Origin: a virus
Taxonomy: Duplodnaviria; Caudoviricetes
Length of the DNA: 44,583 bases
IMG/VR virus record: IMGVR_UViG_3300034894_000031
Location: 1 to 44,583 of that record
Direction: 5' to 3' (one strand)
Made by a program: the position numbers and the translations under genes. Every line of letters begins with the position of its first letter. The first letter of the stretch is position 1. Shown piece by piece: positions 10,338-20,214 of this stretch. A model generated the notes under the pieces. It made no database searches. It was not told where the DNA came from and worked only from the letters and a program-made list of their open reading frames with translations.

Positions 10338-11870
10338 ATGAGCGTAAAGACAGGTCTGGATCAGAGTCATGTCGTTGATGCTGCTGAATATATCCTGAAA
10401 GATACAGCCAACGCAATTTGGTTAGCTACTGATCTCCAAAATTTGCTTGATAATATAGTGAGGGAACTTTCAAAGCGGGTACCAAAGAAAAAAAGGACCG
10501 CTTTGTTAGTAATAGATGGCACTAAAAACATTGACATATCCGGTCTGACTGGGATGAAGAAGATACTCAGCCTGGAATATCCCAGCGGTTATAATCCGCC
10601 AAACCTTAGAAACTGGCGGGAACATGACGACGCCGTGGATCTGGTGGAGATCGACATTGATTATGAGCCCACCGTCACCACAGGGACACTGACGGGTACT
10701 GTAACCTTCACCCAGAATGACAACGGCGTCTCTGGTTCTGGAACATTATTCTTGACGGAGATGTCAAAGAATATGTTTATTGCAAAGTCCGGAACGACAA
10801 AATATTACCGGGTGATTGAAGTCGTAAGCAATACTCACCTTCATCTCGAGGTACCATTCGAGGAAACGACCGGCGCCGACACGGTCAATATCACAAAGTA
10901 TGCTGATGCAGCCAGTATTTGCTATTTATATTGGGGAGGAGAGTATTCAATCGCTGCGAGTGCCAGCGACATACCGTCTAAATACGACCAAATATTAATA
11001 ACAGGATTAGTAGCTCTTGCAGCACAACAATATTTAAATAGTCAAATAACTGGCAGAATTACCGCATGTGTTGCCAAAATAGGTACAGCGAATACAACGG
11101 TAGGTACAGCGACGGCGAGGCTGGCCCAGGCGGCAACCGATCTGGCGTCTGCCAGGACTGCGCTTGGTAATATTGCGGCCAGAATAACACAGGCGCTAAC
11201 GGACATAGGCACAAACAGAACTGCCGTAGGGCTGGTAGCGGCACGATTAACACAGGCGGCGACCGATCTGGGTACTCACAGGACGAATGTAATTGCTGCA
11301 TTGTCTGCTTTTGACACGGCGATTGCCGATGTAGCTGCCAGAATTAATGCAGCTATCGTTGATTTGACCACAGGAGCACCGTATATTACCACGGTAAACC
11401 ATGGTGAAAAAGTACCCGAGAATTATGCTGATTTCGCAAAAACGGAATTGGAGAACGCAAAGGCATATCTGGATAAGGCTCTCGCATATGTCGATAAATC
11501 AAAATCATCGACTGATTACATAAGTATTGCTGAACAAGAAATAGCCGGCGGAGTGGGCAAGGTAAGGGAAGGCGAAGGTTCTATAGCCGCTGCAGAAGGT
11601 GAACTGAAAATCTGTCAGAACTATGTTGAACAGGCATTAGATTACATAAAGATAGCCGCTGGAGAAGCTGAAACAGCAAAAGGTTATATGGATCAGGCAA
11701 AGTCTTACGTCGCTATAATTGAGCAGGAAGTAAATGTGGTTTACCTGATTAATTCATTCAAGTCTTTTGCCACAACTTTTATGAATCAATATACCGAAAT
11801 GCTTGAGGGCATCCCCGAATATGTAGATGATGACATAGGTCCTGGTTGGTTGCCGAAGGGGTATGCATAG
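10338..11870 (+). CDS. Head-tail adaptor-like protein with inserted beta domain and long helical repeat region
   Basis: N-terminus ILKD...W...L...L...RELS is adaptor-like; 21-aa repeats ARL(I)xQAxTDL(I). Confidence 0.55.
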   Translation: MSVKTGLDQSHVVDAAEYILKDTANAIWLATDLQNLLDNIVRELSKRVPKKKRTALLVIDGTKNIDISGLTGMKKILSLEYPSGYNPPNLRNWREHDDAVDLVEIDIDYEPTVTTGTLTGTVTFTQNDNGVSGSGTLFLTEMSKNMFIAKSGTTKYYRVIEVVSNTHLHLEVPFEETTGADTVNITKYADAASICYLYWGGEYSIAASASDIPSKYDQILITGLVALAAQQYLNSQITGRITACVAKIGTANTTVGTATARLAQAATDLASARTALGNIAARITQALTDIGTNRTAVGLVAARLTQAATDLGTHRTNVIAALSAFDTAIADVAARINAAIVDLTTGAPYITTVNHGEKVPENYADFAKTELENAKAYLDKALAYVDKSKSSTDYISIAEQEIAGGVGKVREGEGSIAAAEGELKICQNYVEQALDYIKIAAGEAETAKGYMDQAKSYVAIIEQEVNVVYLINSFKSFATTFMNQYTEMLEGIPEYVDDDIGPGWLPKGYA

Positions 11871-11902
11871 TGAGTCATGCCTAAAGGCGGGAGTTAAATA
11901 GT

Positions 11903-14662
11903 GTGCCTTTCACATTTACGTTCCCGTTCTTTTTCGATCCGGCTCAATCTGTTTTAAGAGCACATCAGGCTGATAACGCATACACTCCATATGTTCATCT
12001 GGCATTAACAAAGTCCGGTTTCACATCTTACGATTACTATTCAACCGATCGGATTATATCCGTTGATATTCATCAGGATCCGTTCAAGGATGAGGGCGAG
12101 ATAGTCCTTTCAAACTATGACAAGGCACTGACGGATATAGATTTCAGGGATTACAAGGCGGTGCTTTCGTTCGGGCTGGTGATATCCGGGACGGCATATT
12201 ATGAGGCGCAGCCTCCTCAATGGGTGAATAAACAGGAATCTGGTTCAGAGCAAGGCAAATTGACTATAACCCTGAAGACAATCGGCATGATTTCAAAGAT
12301 GCGGCTGGAACATGCCAGTATTGAGTATACTGGTGGCGGGAATGCCAAAAACATGGTAGACCAGATATTGAAGGCTACAATGACCCCCTTTAGCCACTGT
12401 GAGGGCTACAGCGTGGTCTGGCACGGTGACACTGGGTTATCTGGCATAAACCTGTATTCTCCATCAGAAAATTTTTACGTTGGCCTTAACGTAGTCCGGT
12501 TTAATGTCGTCCGGGCTTTAATGGATCTCAGTGATTCGTTCATGCGTGTGGAGAACGATGAGAAGATACACATCAGGATCCCGGTGACAACCGGCACAGA
12601 TTACGCGAACACATTCTCCCTGGATGGGCATGTGTTTTTCTGGCATACCCGTAATGACAAGCTGATAAGCCCTAACCATGTTCATGTTGAATCAACTGTA
12701 TCTGAGGATAGAGGGTATGACGGGGATGGCAACAAAGTCCCTGATCTGGTGTATACATATGAGGGTGATGCTTATGATGCTGCATCTTATGCTCTGACAC
12801 CGGAGTCATATTTTGTTGAGGCTTATGGGCTAGCCAGCGATGCCGAGGCGCAGGCGATGGCCGAAGGCATCATGAATAATATCATAGTCAGCGAATTCAA
12901 GGGCGCGTTTGAGTGTCCGATGGATTTCTTTTTGAAGCTTGGGCATTATATCAAGGTTGAGGATGCCCGTAGTTCCGGGCAGGCGACAATAATCTCCAGT
13001 CATAACGAGACCGAAAACTATACATTGGATGATACATGGGTGCTTGGCCAATCCATAGTGCTGGTAGCCCAAGAAACGATATATAACATCAAGGTGAAAT
13101 TATCCCGGCAAAGTAGCGATGCAAACCGCAAGGTTACTCTACGGCTTTATGCTACAGTCGGTGGTCTGCCTGACGGCGTCCCGCTGGCTACAGTTGAAGT
13201 TGACTATGATGATGTGACGGTTGACGGCGGTCTAGTGACTTTTGAATTCGCGTCTGCTCAAACATTGGTTGCAGGCACGTACTTTTTCACGCTTACAACC
13301 AGTGGTGGCGAACCGGCGGCTACGGTTACATATTTCGATGGAGATCCAAGTGTGGTTGGCGGCAATGAATTTTATGGCGATTTGGAAAACAACTGGACCA
13401 GTTACGATAACTACGATATTTACTTCGAAGTCACAGGGCTGGTGGCGGATGAACACACTGGCAATGTTGGTTCGATAGACTGGCATTATTCAGCCGGATA
13501 TTTCAGGCAGGTAGTGGGACTAGGTGGCTTCCTGTCTGGCAGGAAAGTATCTGGTTTTACACAGGATTATATACCGGAAGAAGAGGCCTTTAATTTTCCG
13601 AACTGGATGACGCCTTCGGGGTGTCTGAATTTTAAAAAGTCCGCAGAAGAAGAAAATAATCATACTTCGGTTTTTACATTCATTTGGTATAACGGTTTAG
13701 ATTCAGGATCCTATGAAACCTGGGAAGAAGTTAATATCTCTCTGGATACAAATTGGCCAATTGCAAGAAATTTAACTTCGGAAGCTGGTGGATCTGGAAG
13801 TGATTTAATTACGGGCGCAAAAATTATGAAATATTACGATGGGAGTTTTTCAAATACTGCACGGTTTGGCAGGGGTGCTTTTTATATAAATTTAGCAGGT
13901 TATGGATATGAATTCGGGGACTACGTTAAATCTGCAAAATTAAAAATAACTGTGACACCAATTGGCGATGATGCAGTATGGGCACGGCTAGGTAAAATTG
14001 GAGTTGGTAACTTGCCTGGTGATTATTCTGCTACTTGGGCAAATCTGAAAGATGCTAATAGTAATATTGGCGAAATGGATGTGAACGCAGTAAATAATTA
14101 TGAATTTGATGTGGTCGATTTTGTAGATCTTGATGACGAATATTTTAAATTTTCAGTAGTTGATAAGATCGGAGAGACAGATACTAGGCCATATTATCCA
14201 AATGAACCTGCACCGGGTGAAACACGCTGGGTAGGCTCATATGTGACATTCAGTAATATTTCTCTTGAACTAGAAGTAGTAAAATCTGCACAACTGCGTA
14301 ATCATGTTGTTGGCGAGGATCTGCACCCGGACGAATGGATAGTTATCAGCATATTTGTCCTGCCTCATTACCGGACCTTGTACCTAGGTGAATACAACGT
14401 CTGGGGTATAGATGTAAATGAAGATGCCGCCGGGAAAATGATAATCGTTGTCTGGGATTCAGATGCAGAGAATTGGGTCACCTTGTTTACCGGTGATGCC
14501 AATAGTTATTATAAGGGAGATGTCATCGATTTATATGATAGTTATGATGCAGGGGGGACTCCGGTAGCAATTATATTTTATAACGATGGTGAAACAGATA
14601 TTGTTGATTTCAATTGCTTTGCTGCAATAGATTCGAGATATCAACCGGGGGGGAACCCATAA
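11903..14662 (+). CDS. Tail protein A, multi-domain, probably host-binding
   Basis: 919 aa, acidic and beta-rich; the N-terminal ~350 aa is paralogous to the next gene; GTG start with GGGAG RBS. Confidence 0.65.
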   Translation: MPFTFTFPFFFDPAQSVLRAHQADNAYTPYVHLALTKSGFTSYDYYSTDRIISVDIHQDPFKDEGEIVLSNYDKALTDIDFRDYKAVLSFGLVISGTAYYEAQPPQWVNKQESGSEQGKLTITLKTIGMISKMRLEHASIEYTGGGNAKNMVDQILKATMTPFSHCEGYSVVWHGDTGLSGINLYSPSENFYVGLNVVRFNVVRALMDLSDSFMRVENDEKIHIRIPVTTGTDYANTFSLDGHVFFWHTRNDKLISPNHVHVESTVSEDRGYDGDGNKVPDLVYTYEGDAYDAASYALTPESYFVEAYGLASDAEAQAMAEGIMNNIIVSEFKGAFECPMDFFLKLGHYIKVEDARSSGQATIISSHNETENYTLDDTWVLGQSIVLVAQETIYNIKVKLSRQSSDANRKVTLRLYATVGGLPDGVPLATVEVDYDDVTVDGGLVTFEFASAQTLVAGTYFFTLTTSGGEPAATVTYFDGDPSVVGGNEFYGDLENNWTSYDNYDIYFEVTGLVADEHTGNVGSIDWHYSAGYFRQVVGLGGFLSGRKVSGFTQDYIPEEEAFNFPNWMTPSGCLNFKKSAEEENNHTSVFTFIWYNGLDSGSYETWEEVNISLDTNWPIARNLTSEAGGSGSDLITGAKIMKYYDGSFSNTARFGRGAFYINLAGYGYEFGDYVKSAKLKITVTPIGDDAVWARLGKIGVGNLPGDYSATWANLKDANSNIGEMDVNAVNNYEFDVVDFVDLDDEYFKFSVVDKIGETDTRPYYPNEPAPGETRWVGSYVTFSNISLELEVVKSAQLRNHVVGEDLHPDEWIVISIFVLPHYRTLYLGEYNVWGIDVNEDAAGKMIIVVWDSDAENWVTLFTGDANSYYKGDVIDLYDSYDAGGTPVAIIFYNDGETDIVDFNCFAAIDSRYQPGGNP

Positions 14663-16149
14663 TGGGTGAAGCTGAAGTAATTGCCGAACAGAAAAAGAAA
14701 ACTTACACCCCGTATATCAGGCTGTTAATGGAATTGACGGGGCAAACTACCTACACCTATACAACACTGGATACACCAAACAGGATATTGCATGTTGATC
14801 AGGTGCAAGAACCTTATGCCGAAAAAGTCAATATTGTTCTCAGCAATGCGGATAAGGCATTGACCGGATTTAATTTAGCCGGTTACAAAATCACAATAGG
14901 ATTCGGTTTTGTTATTGCGGCTGCAGGTGATTATATAGACCAGGCACCGGTATGGATCTATGATTCAGAATTTGATTCAAGACCTGGTCATCTTACTCTT
15001 ACCTTGAGATGCAAAGGGATAATGAGCAGGATGGCTAATGACAGAGCCAGTGAGGATTATATCCCTGCAGAAGATGTAGATCCAAGCACTATTGTCGAGG
15101 GCATATTTGAGTCAGGGCTGGCACCTTATACTAACTGCCAAAGTTATCTAGTGAGCTGGGGAACTCTAACGTTGGCCACGGATATCGACTTCTATAATCC
15201 GGGTGGCGGATATAAAATTTACAAAAATACTACTAGGCTGGTCGCTGTTCGTAAACTTCTGGATAATTCCTATGCCTTCCCGCAGTGGGACAGTGTTACT
15301 GATGGAATAAAGTTTATCCGGCCAGTGATTACCGGGACTACATACGATTATGCATATGAACTGGACGGGGACCATACTTTCTTTATCAAGAAGGATATTA
15401 AAGCGAAGGTGATTCCTGAAGGTGTTACTGTATATGGCGGCGCTTTTGATGATGACACCCAGCAATATGAATATGAAGGAACTGCCGGCGGGACAAATAA
15501 ATATTTTGTGCATTTTGAGGCGATAACATCTGATGGTATATGCGGGGATCTGGCCGCAGCTATATTTGCGAACGCAACTATAGGCACAAAGATCTGTGAT
15601 GCCGTAGTACCCATGAATTGTACTGCTAGGTTATTTGATTATTGCAAGATCACTGATGCCAGGGAAGGCAGTACTAAAGTCGGGAATATAGGTATGATAC
15701 GCCGAATATATGAGGCAGGGACTTACAGGATGCAGGTCAAGTTCGGCGGTTGGCAAAGCGCACGCAACCTTGAAGATATACTTTCAGGCACGAGGCGGAA
15801 CCAGACGGAGACAACCAGGAAGTGGATGACGGTAAATATACCGGAGATACCGCTGGCCGCCGGTGAAAGCGCTGTCATCCAGCAGTTCAACCTGGGATCG
15901 GCGAAGACAATGGTTATCGAGGCATACAGCGTTTATGCAGGCGGTTATCCTGACATTGCTTTGAAGGTTCAGGGCGGTGGCGACTTCGTTGCCACCGGCG
16001 AGGATAATCCGACTCTGGTAAAGCTACAGCAGGAAGTATTATTTTATGCTAATGGCACCGGTTCCAATGTTGAGGTAACAATTACCGTGGAGAACATCGG
16101 GGTCACTGGCATTTATGCCTCCGGTTTCTTAACGTTTGCGATATACTAG
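14662..16149 (+). CDS. Tail protein B, paralog of tail protein A
   Basis: Shared motifs YTPY, IVLSNxDKAL, LDGxHxFF, PMxxxxxL..DAR; probable ATG at 14662 (TAATG overlap). Confidence 0.65.
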   Translation: MGEAEVIAEQKKKTYTPYIRLLMELTGQTTYTYTTLDTPNRILHVDQVQEPYAEKVNIVLSNADKALTGFNLAGYKITIGFGFVIAAAGDYIDQAPVWIYDSEFDSRPGHLTLTLRCKGIMSRMANDRASEDYIPAEDVDPSTIVEGIFESGLAPYTNCQSYLVSWGTLTLATDIDFYNPGGGYKIYKNTTRLVAVRKLLDNSYAFPQWDSVTDGIKFIRPVITGTTYDYAYELDGDHTFFIKKDIKAKVIPEGVTVYGGAFDDDTQQYEYEGTAGGTNKYFVHFEAITSDGICGDLAAAIFANATIGTKICDAVVPMNCTARLFDYCKITDAREGSTKVGNIGMIRRIYEAGTYRMQVKFGGWQSARNLEDILSGTRRNQTETTRKWMTVNIPEIPLAAGESAVIQQFNLGSAKTMVIEAYSVYAGGYPDIALKVQGGGDFVATGEDNPTLVKLQQEVLFYANGTGSNVEVTITVENIGVTGIYASGFLTFAIY

Positions 16150-16161
16150 GAGTTAAGTAGA

Positions 16162-17778
16162 ATGGCCAACAATCTGAAACATAAGACAGCAACCTTGGCA
16201 GGTGGAGACCAGCTTCCCCGGATTGATTGGGAAGGTATTGACACCCACGAAGCTGATGGGCAAACGCTTGGCGATGTCCTATATTATGACGGAACTTACT
16301 GGATCCGGAAGCCTCTTTGTGAAGTCCCTTTGACTGCCGCCTGGGACATGGGCAATTTTCAGATCCGGGCTCTGCAGTTCTATGCGGATGCGGCGATAGG
16401 CACGCCGCCATTGGTAATCATTTCAACGACTATTGTGGCCAATCTCAATGCGGACCAGGTGGACAGCCAGCATCGGGTTCTTACGATCAATGCAGATCAT
16501 ACTCACCAATCAACCGGCGCTCAAGGTGGACAATTAGATCATGGCCTAGCATTGACTGGTCTGGCGGATGATGACCATCCTCAGTATATAAAGCATTCAC
16601 TGGCCATGGCGATCAATGATTTCCTAGTGGCTTCTGGTGCCGGTGCCTTTGTTAAGAAAACACTAGCCGAAGTTGTCACATTATTGAGAACGTCTTTAGA
16701 TTCAGTTTATTCAGCGCTTGGGCATACTCATAGTTATGCCGCGGCCTCTCACGCTTCCCAACATGCCGTCGGTGGCGGAGATACCATATTCCCGGCAGAT
16801 CCGAATGCTGATAAATATTTGATGTGGGATGATAGTGAAGGTGTTTTAGTATGGGCAGATGCTGGTGGCGGATCCGTAGCCACTGACGTCATCTTCGATG
16901 CCAAGGGAGATTTGCCAGTTGGGACAGGCCCAGATACCGCAGCTAAATTAACAGTAGGAAGTAACGAACAAAGGCCAGAAGCGGCAAGCGGCGAAACGAC
17001 GGGAATTAAATGGTCATGGAACTCCAAGATGCGAGATGCAGATGGGGATACTATTGTACAAACAGAGGAAGGTGCAGATGATGATCACTTTAGGGTAGAT
17101 GTTGCAGGAGTTGAATCTCTCCTAATCCATGAACAGGGCATTGTTACTTTGGCAAAACAGTCATATGTTTTTGCGTATAATGTGACGACTCAGTCAATTC
17201 CTAGCGGTGTATGGGGGCCTCAAGTATTATTTGATACCGAGATTACTGATGTTCAGAGTGAGTTTGATAGTTCTGTTAAAACTGGTACAGCAACCGCTAC
17301 AACTGCTAATCATCTAGTAGACACCACTGCTAATCAATTTGTAGCCGGTGATGTTGGTAGGTTTGTATGGAATACGACAGATAATACTTATGCCAAGATT
17401 ACAACCTTTAACTCTGTATCAGATGTAACATTGGATACTAATATAATGGCAAATGGGGAGGAATACAAACTATTCTTTTCTAGATTTACTGCAAAGGAAT
17501 CTGGAGTTTATATAGTAAATGCCGGTGTCTGTATGAATATTGGCGTTGATGGGAAGATAATAATATTAGGATTGAATAAGAATGATGCAACAGGCGTAGG
17601 AGGGGGTTGGTCATGCGCGTCGTCCACTGGTTCGCAGCATAAATGTTTCTTAACGTCGATAGTAAATTTAGTGGCTGGAGACTATTTGAATGTTAGGATT
17701 TATCATGATGCAGGAAGTACAAAAACATTTTACGCTGCTTCTGATAATCAATTCCTTCAGATAGTAAAGGTAGCATAA
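16162..17778 (+). CDS. Tail fibre/receptor-binding protein with C1q-like C-terminus
   Basis: His motifs (DHTH, DDDHPQY, GHTH); NLNADQVD; C-terminal RFTAKESGVY and LVAGDYLNV. Confidence 0.7.
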   Translation: MANNLKHKTATLAGGDQLPRIDWEGIDTHEADGQTLGDVLYYDGTYWIRKPLCEVPLTAAWDMGNFQIRALQFYADAAIGTPPLVIISTTIVANLNADQVDSQHRVLTINADHTHQSTGAQGGQLDHGLALTGLADDDHPQYIKHSLAMAINDFLVASGAGAFVKKTLAEVVTLLRTSLDSVYSALGHTHSYAAASHASQHAVGGGDTIFPADPNADKYLMWDDSEGVLVWADAGGGSVATDVIFDAKGDLPVGTGPDTAAKLTVGSNEQRPEAASGETTGIKWSWNSKMRDADGDTIVQTEEGADDDHFRVDVAGVESLLIHEQGIVTLAKQSYVFAYNVTTQSIPSGVWGPQVLFDTEITDVQSEFDSSVKTGTATATTANHLVDTTANQFVAGDVGRFVWNTTDNTYAKITTFNSVSDVTLDTNIMANGEEYKLFFSRFTAKESGVYIVNAGVCMNIGVDGKIIILGLNKNDATGVGGGWSCASSTGSQHKCFLTSIVNLVAGDYLNVRIYHDAGSTKTFYAASDNQFLQIVKVA

Positions 17779-17790
17779 GGAGAGACTTTT

Positions 17791-18642
17791 ATGGAGATTG
17801 GAAATGCTCTCGATCAGATCAAAGATAAAGTTTTAGCTGTGCAAACATTCAAAGAGGGTGAGGGTACTGGTGGCTGGACCACTTATAACCCGACTTGGCC
17901 TGATGATTACAATACTCTATCTGAATTAACACAAGGCCTCGGATACTGGATTAAGGTATCCTCAGATTGCACATTGACATGTGGAAACTTTACCTGGCAA
18001 TTAAAGGCTGGCTGGAACCTGATCGGCTGGACGTATTCACCGCTCGATACGGATTATTTGAATTTAAGCAAGGATGATTTTAAACTCAGGTTATCGACCG
18101 GGGAGATAGAGAACTATTGGTGGGTATTTAATCGTGATTACAGAATTGAATTGGCGAAGCGGATATTTCGAGTAGCTAATATTATCCCAAATTCCAATTA
18201 TTCGTGGTTAGCGTACAAGGTGAATGGAGTGATCGATGAAGCTAATAAGAAAAAGATGGCTTGCACTGCTGCGGCAATGATTAACACTGCAAAGTTGAGC
18301 AACGGTTACCCTCCGGGCTACCCCGTCGGTAAATGGCGGGACGACATGTATTACGGCGTTCCGGGTAGCTGGATATCATTCATACCCGAGGTTTATCTCC
18401 ACGTTGGAACCTTGGTACACACCGCAGTTTACGAATTCTATCCAGGTCACTCCGGGCTTGCCATCCAGATAGATAAGGACATAAAGAAAAAAGACAGTTT
18501 CCATTTCTTCGAACTTTATGCCGAGACAATCGGGATAAGAGTGGGGAAAATGACCAGTGCGGACTGGACGAAATATACGAGCACGCCTATAGCTACATGG
18601 GAAAAAGAAAACGGCATTTGGGTATACAAAGGAGAAGGATAA
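17791..18642 (+). CDS. Surface-protein-like domain fused to a possible transglutaminase-like Cys protease
   Basis: GLGYWIKV and LKAGWNLIGW motifs; candidate triad MAC-TAA, PGH-SGLAI, HFFE. Confidence 0.45.
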   Translation: MEIGNALDQIKDKVLAVQTFKEGEGTGGWTTYNPTWPDDYNTLSELTQGLGYWIKVSSDCTLTCGNFTWQLKAGWNLIGWTYSPLDTDYLNLSKDDFKLRLSTGEIENYWWVFNRDYRIELAKRIFRVANIIPNSNYSWLAYKVNGVIDEANKKKMACTAAAMINTAKLSNGYPPGYPVGKWRDDMYYGVPGSWISFIPEVYLHVGTLVHTAVYEFYPGHSGLAIQIDKDIKKKDSFHFFELYAETIGIRVGKMTSADWTKYTSTPIATWEKENGIWVYKGEG

Positions 18643-18974
18643 TGGAGATTGGAAATATTGCAGAACTCGGAATAGCAGGTATGGGAATGGCCATCGGGCT
18701 GATATCGCTGGGTGTACTCATCTGGTACATGAAGACCAACCCAAAGGGAGGCTGTAGTACAATTGCTACACCTGCCAATGTCCACAAAGATGGTCAGGCG
18801 CAGCAGGACATACGTATTGATGATGTACGTAAAAGCCTTGAACGCGCCCATGCCCGGCTTGATGACCAGGTAAAAGTCTGTTCAATCACTCACCAGGACG
18901 TTTCCGCAAAGCTGGCAACCTTGATCGCTGATGTCTCCTGGATGAAGTCAAACTGGCCAAAGTTAGGCGATTAG
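18642..18974 (+). CDS. Single-TM plus coiled-coil protein (holin/antiholin-like)
   Basis: Hydrophobic N-terminal helix, then heptads with RAHARLD; probable start 18642 with AAGGAG RBS. Confidence 0.6.
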   Translation: MEIGNIAELGIAGMGMAIGLISLGVLIWYMKTNPKGGCSTIATPANVHKDGQAQQDIRIDDVRKSLERAHARLDDQVKVCSITHQDVSAKLATLIADVSWMKSNWPKLGD

Positions 18975-18992
18975 TCTTTACAAGCCTGTTAT

Positions 18993-19001
18993 AATAAAAG
19001 A
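18993..19001 (+). promoter_or_regulatory. Extended -10 promoter element
   Basis: TGTTATAAT in the AT-rich gap upstream of the protease gene. Confidence 0.4.
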
Positions 19002-19021
19002 AAAACAAGAGGGTATGATCT

Positions 19022-19912
19022 ATGTCGTATGTAACAAAAAATGGATGGCGAAAAGACAAATACAATCCACTGGCAAAACTATTCCTTCCTAGGTTCAAAC
19101 CCGAAGAACTCCCCGATTTCACAAACAACTGGCCGAACGATAAAATCCCTCGCCGCCGGGACCAGGGCAACGAAGGTGCTTGCACTGGTTTCGGCACCGG
19201 CATCAACATTTCCGCACTTGCTATGAAAGCCGGGATAATTGTTGACCCGAGTACCTGGTTCTCTCCCCGGTGGGCTTACAATGGCGGCAGATATCGCGGC
19301 GGGTATCTGGATGAGGAAGGCGCTATGCCTGATGACGTGGTATGGTGGCTCGAGAACAAAGAGGCCTTGCCCGAACGTTTCTGGAAATACCAGGATGGCG
19401 ACCATGAGCCTGACAATGCACCGCCGGCCTCTTCCCTGGAACCAGAAGCCGCCAAGTTCCCGGTAATTAAAGGCAACCGCGTGGTCGACGGACTCAACGG
19501 GATTCTGTCTGCACTGGCAGAAGGACAGCCTGTTTCTTTCGGCGGTCCATATGCAGATGCATGGATGAATACCGATGAGGAAGGGAAAGTACCTGAGATT
19601 ACAAAGAAGTCTTCTATTGCCGGTGGGCATGAATGGTGTTTCTTTGACTATGACAGGCGCGGGAGTCCCGGATGGATTAAATGTGCCAATTCCTGGTCAG
19701 AGGAATGGGGTCTGTCTGGTATTTTTTACGTCCCGATGACAGCCATCGACGTTATGAAAAAGATCAAAGGCTATGACGCCCATGTCTTCAATGTGGATTG
19801 GAAGACACCAGAGCCGGCACCGACTCCAACACCGGCCGCGGTACCGATAGTTCGGATGCAGGTCAGCAATGATGCGGGGAAAACATGGCAAAGAACGAAT
19901 GTCTCAATCTAA
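19022..19912 (+). CDS. Papain-like (C1 family) cysteine peptidase, candidate lysin
   Basis: DQGNEGAC-TGF (oxyanion Q and catalytic C), GGH, ANSWSEEWGLSG; PAPTPTP linker near the C-terminus. Confidence 0.88.
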   Translation: MSYVTKNGWRKDKYNPLAKLFLPRFKPEELPDFTNNWPNDKIPRRRDQGNEGACTGFGTGINISALAMKAGIIVDPSTWFSPRWAYNGGRYRGGYLDEEGAMPDDVVWWLENKEALPERFWKYQDGDHEPDNAPPASSLEPEAAKFPVIKGNRVVDGLNGILSALAEGQPVSFGGPYADAWMNTDEEGKVPEITKKSSIAGGHEWCFFDYDRRGSPGWIKCANSWSEEWGLSGIFYVPMTAIDVMKKIKGYDAHVFNVDWKTPEPAPTPTPAAVPIVRMQVSNDAGKTWQRTNVSI

Positions 19913-20205
19913 AACGGTTATTCGCCCGGGGTCCATGGGAACCTAACGGGATTGACCTGAGATTAAGACATCGTAAACTACCAACTTTATTGCCGGCATG
20001 GTATGTCTGGCTCTACACCCACATTGGTCCCGGCATTCCCTGGACATTGATTGTGCGCGCCGCTGAAAAATCCTGGCCACTGGCATTTATGATCGGGTTC
20101 TTTTTGCTCGGCATGCTTCTAGTCTGGCAATTCAAGAAATATACAATACCGTTTTTAATCGGGCTTGGGGTCGGTAGCCTTTTAACACATTTCTGGTCAT
20201 GGTAA
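19885..20205 (+). CDS. Small membrane protein (2 TM), holin candidate
   Basis: Two C-terminal hydrophobic helices. Confidence 0.6.
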   Translation: MAKNECLNLKRLFARGPWEPNGIDLRLRHRKLPTLLPAWYVWLYTHIGPGIPWTLIVRAAEKSWPLAFMIGFFLLGMLLVWQFKKYTIPFLIGLGVGSLLTHFWSW

Positions 20206-20214
20206 ATTAATAAA

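Noticed and set aside
11903-17778. Diversity-generating retroelement targeting tail genes
   Set aside because: No reverse transcriptase and no TR/VR pair differing at adenines was seen.
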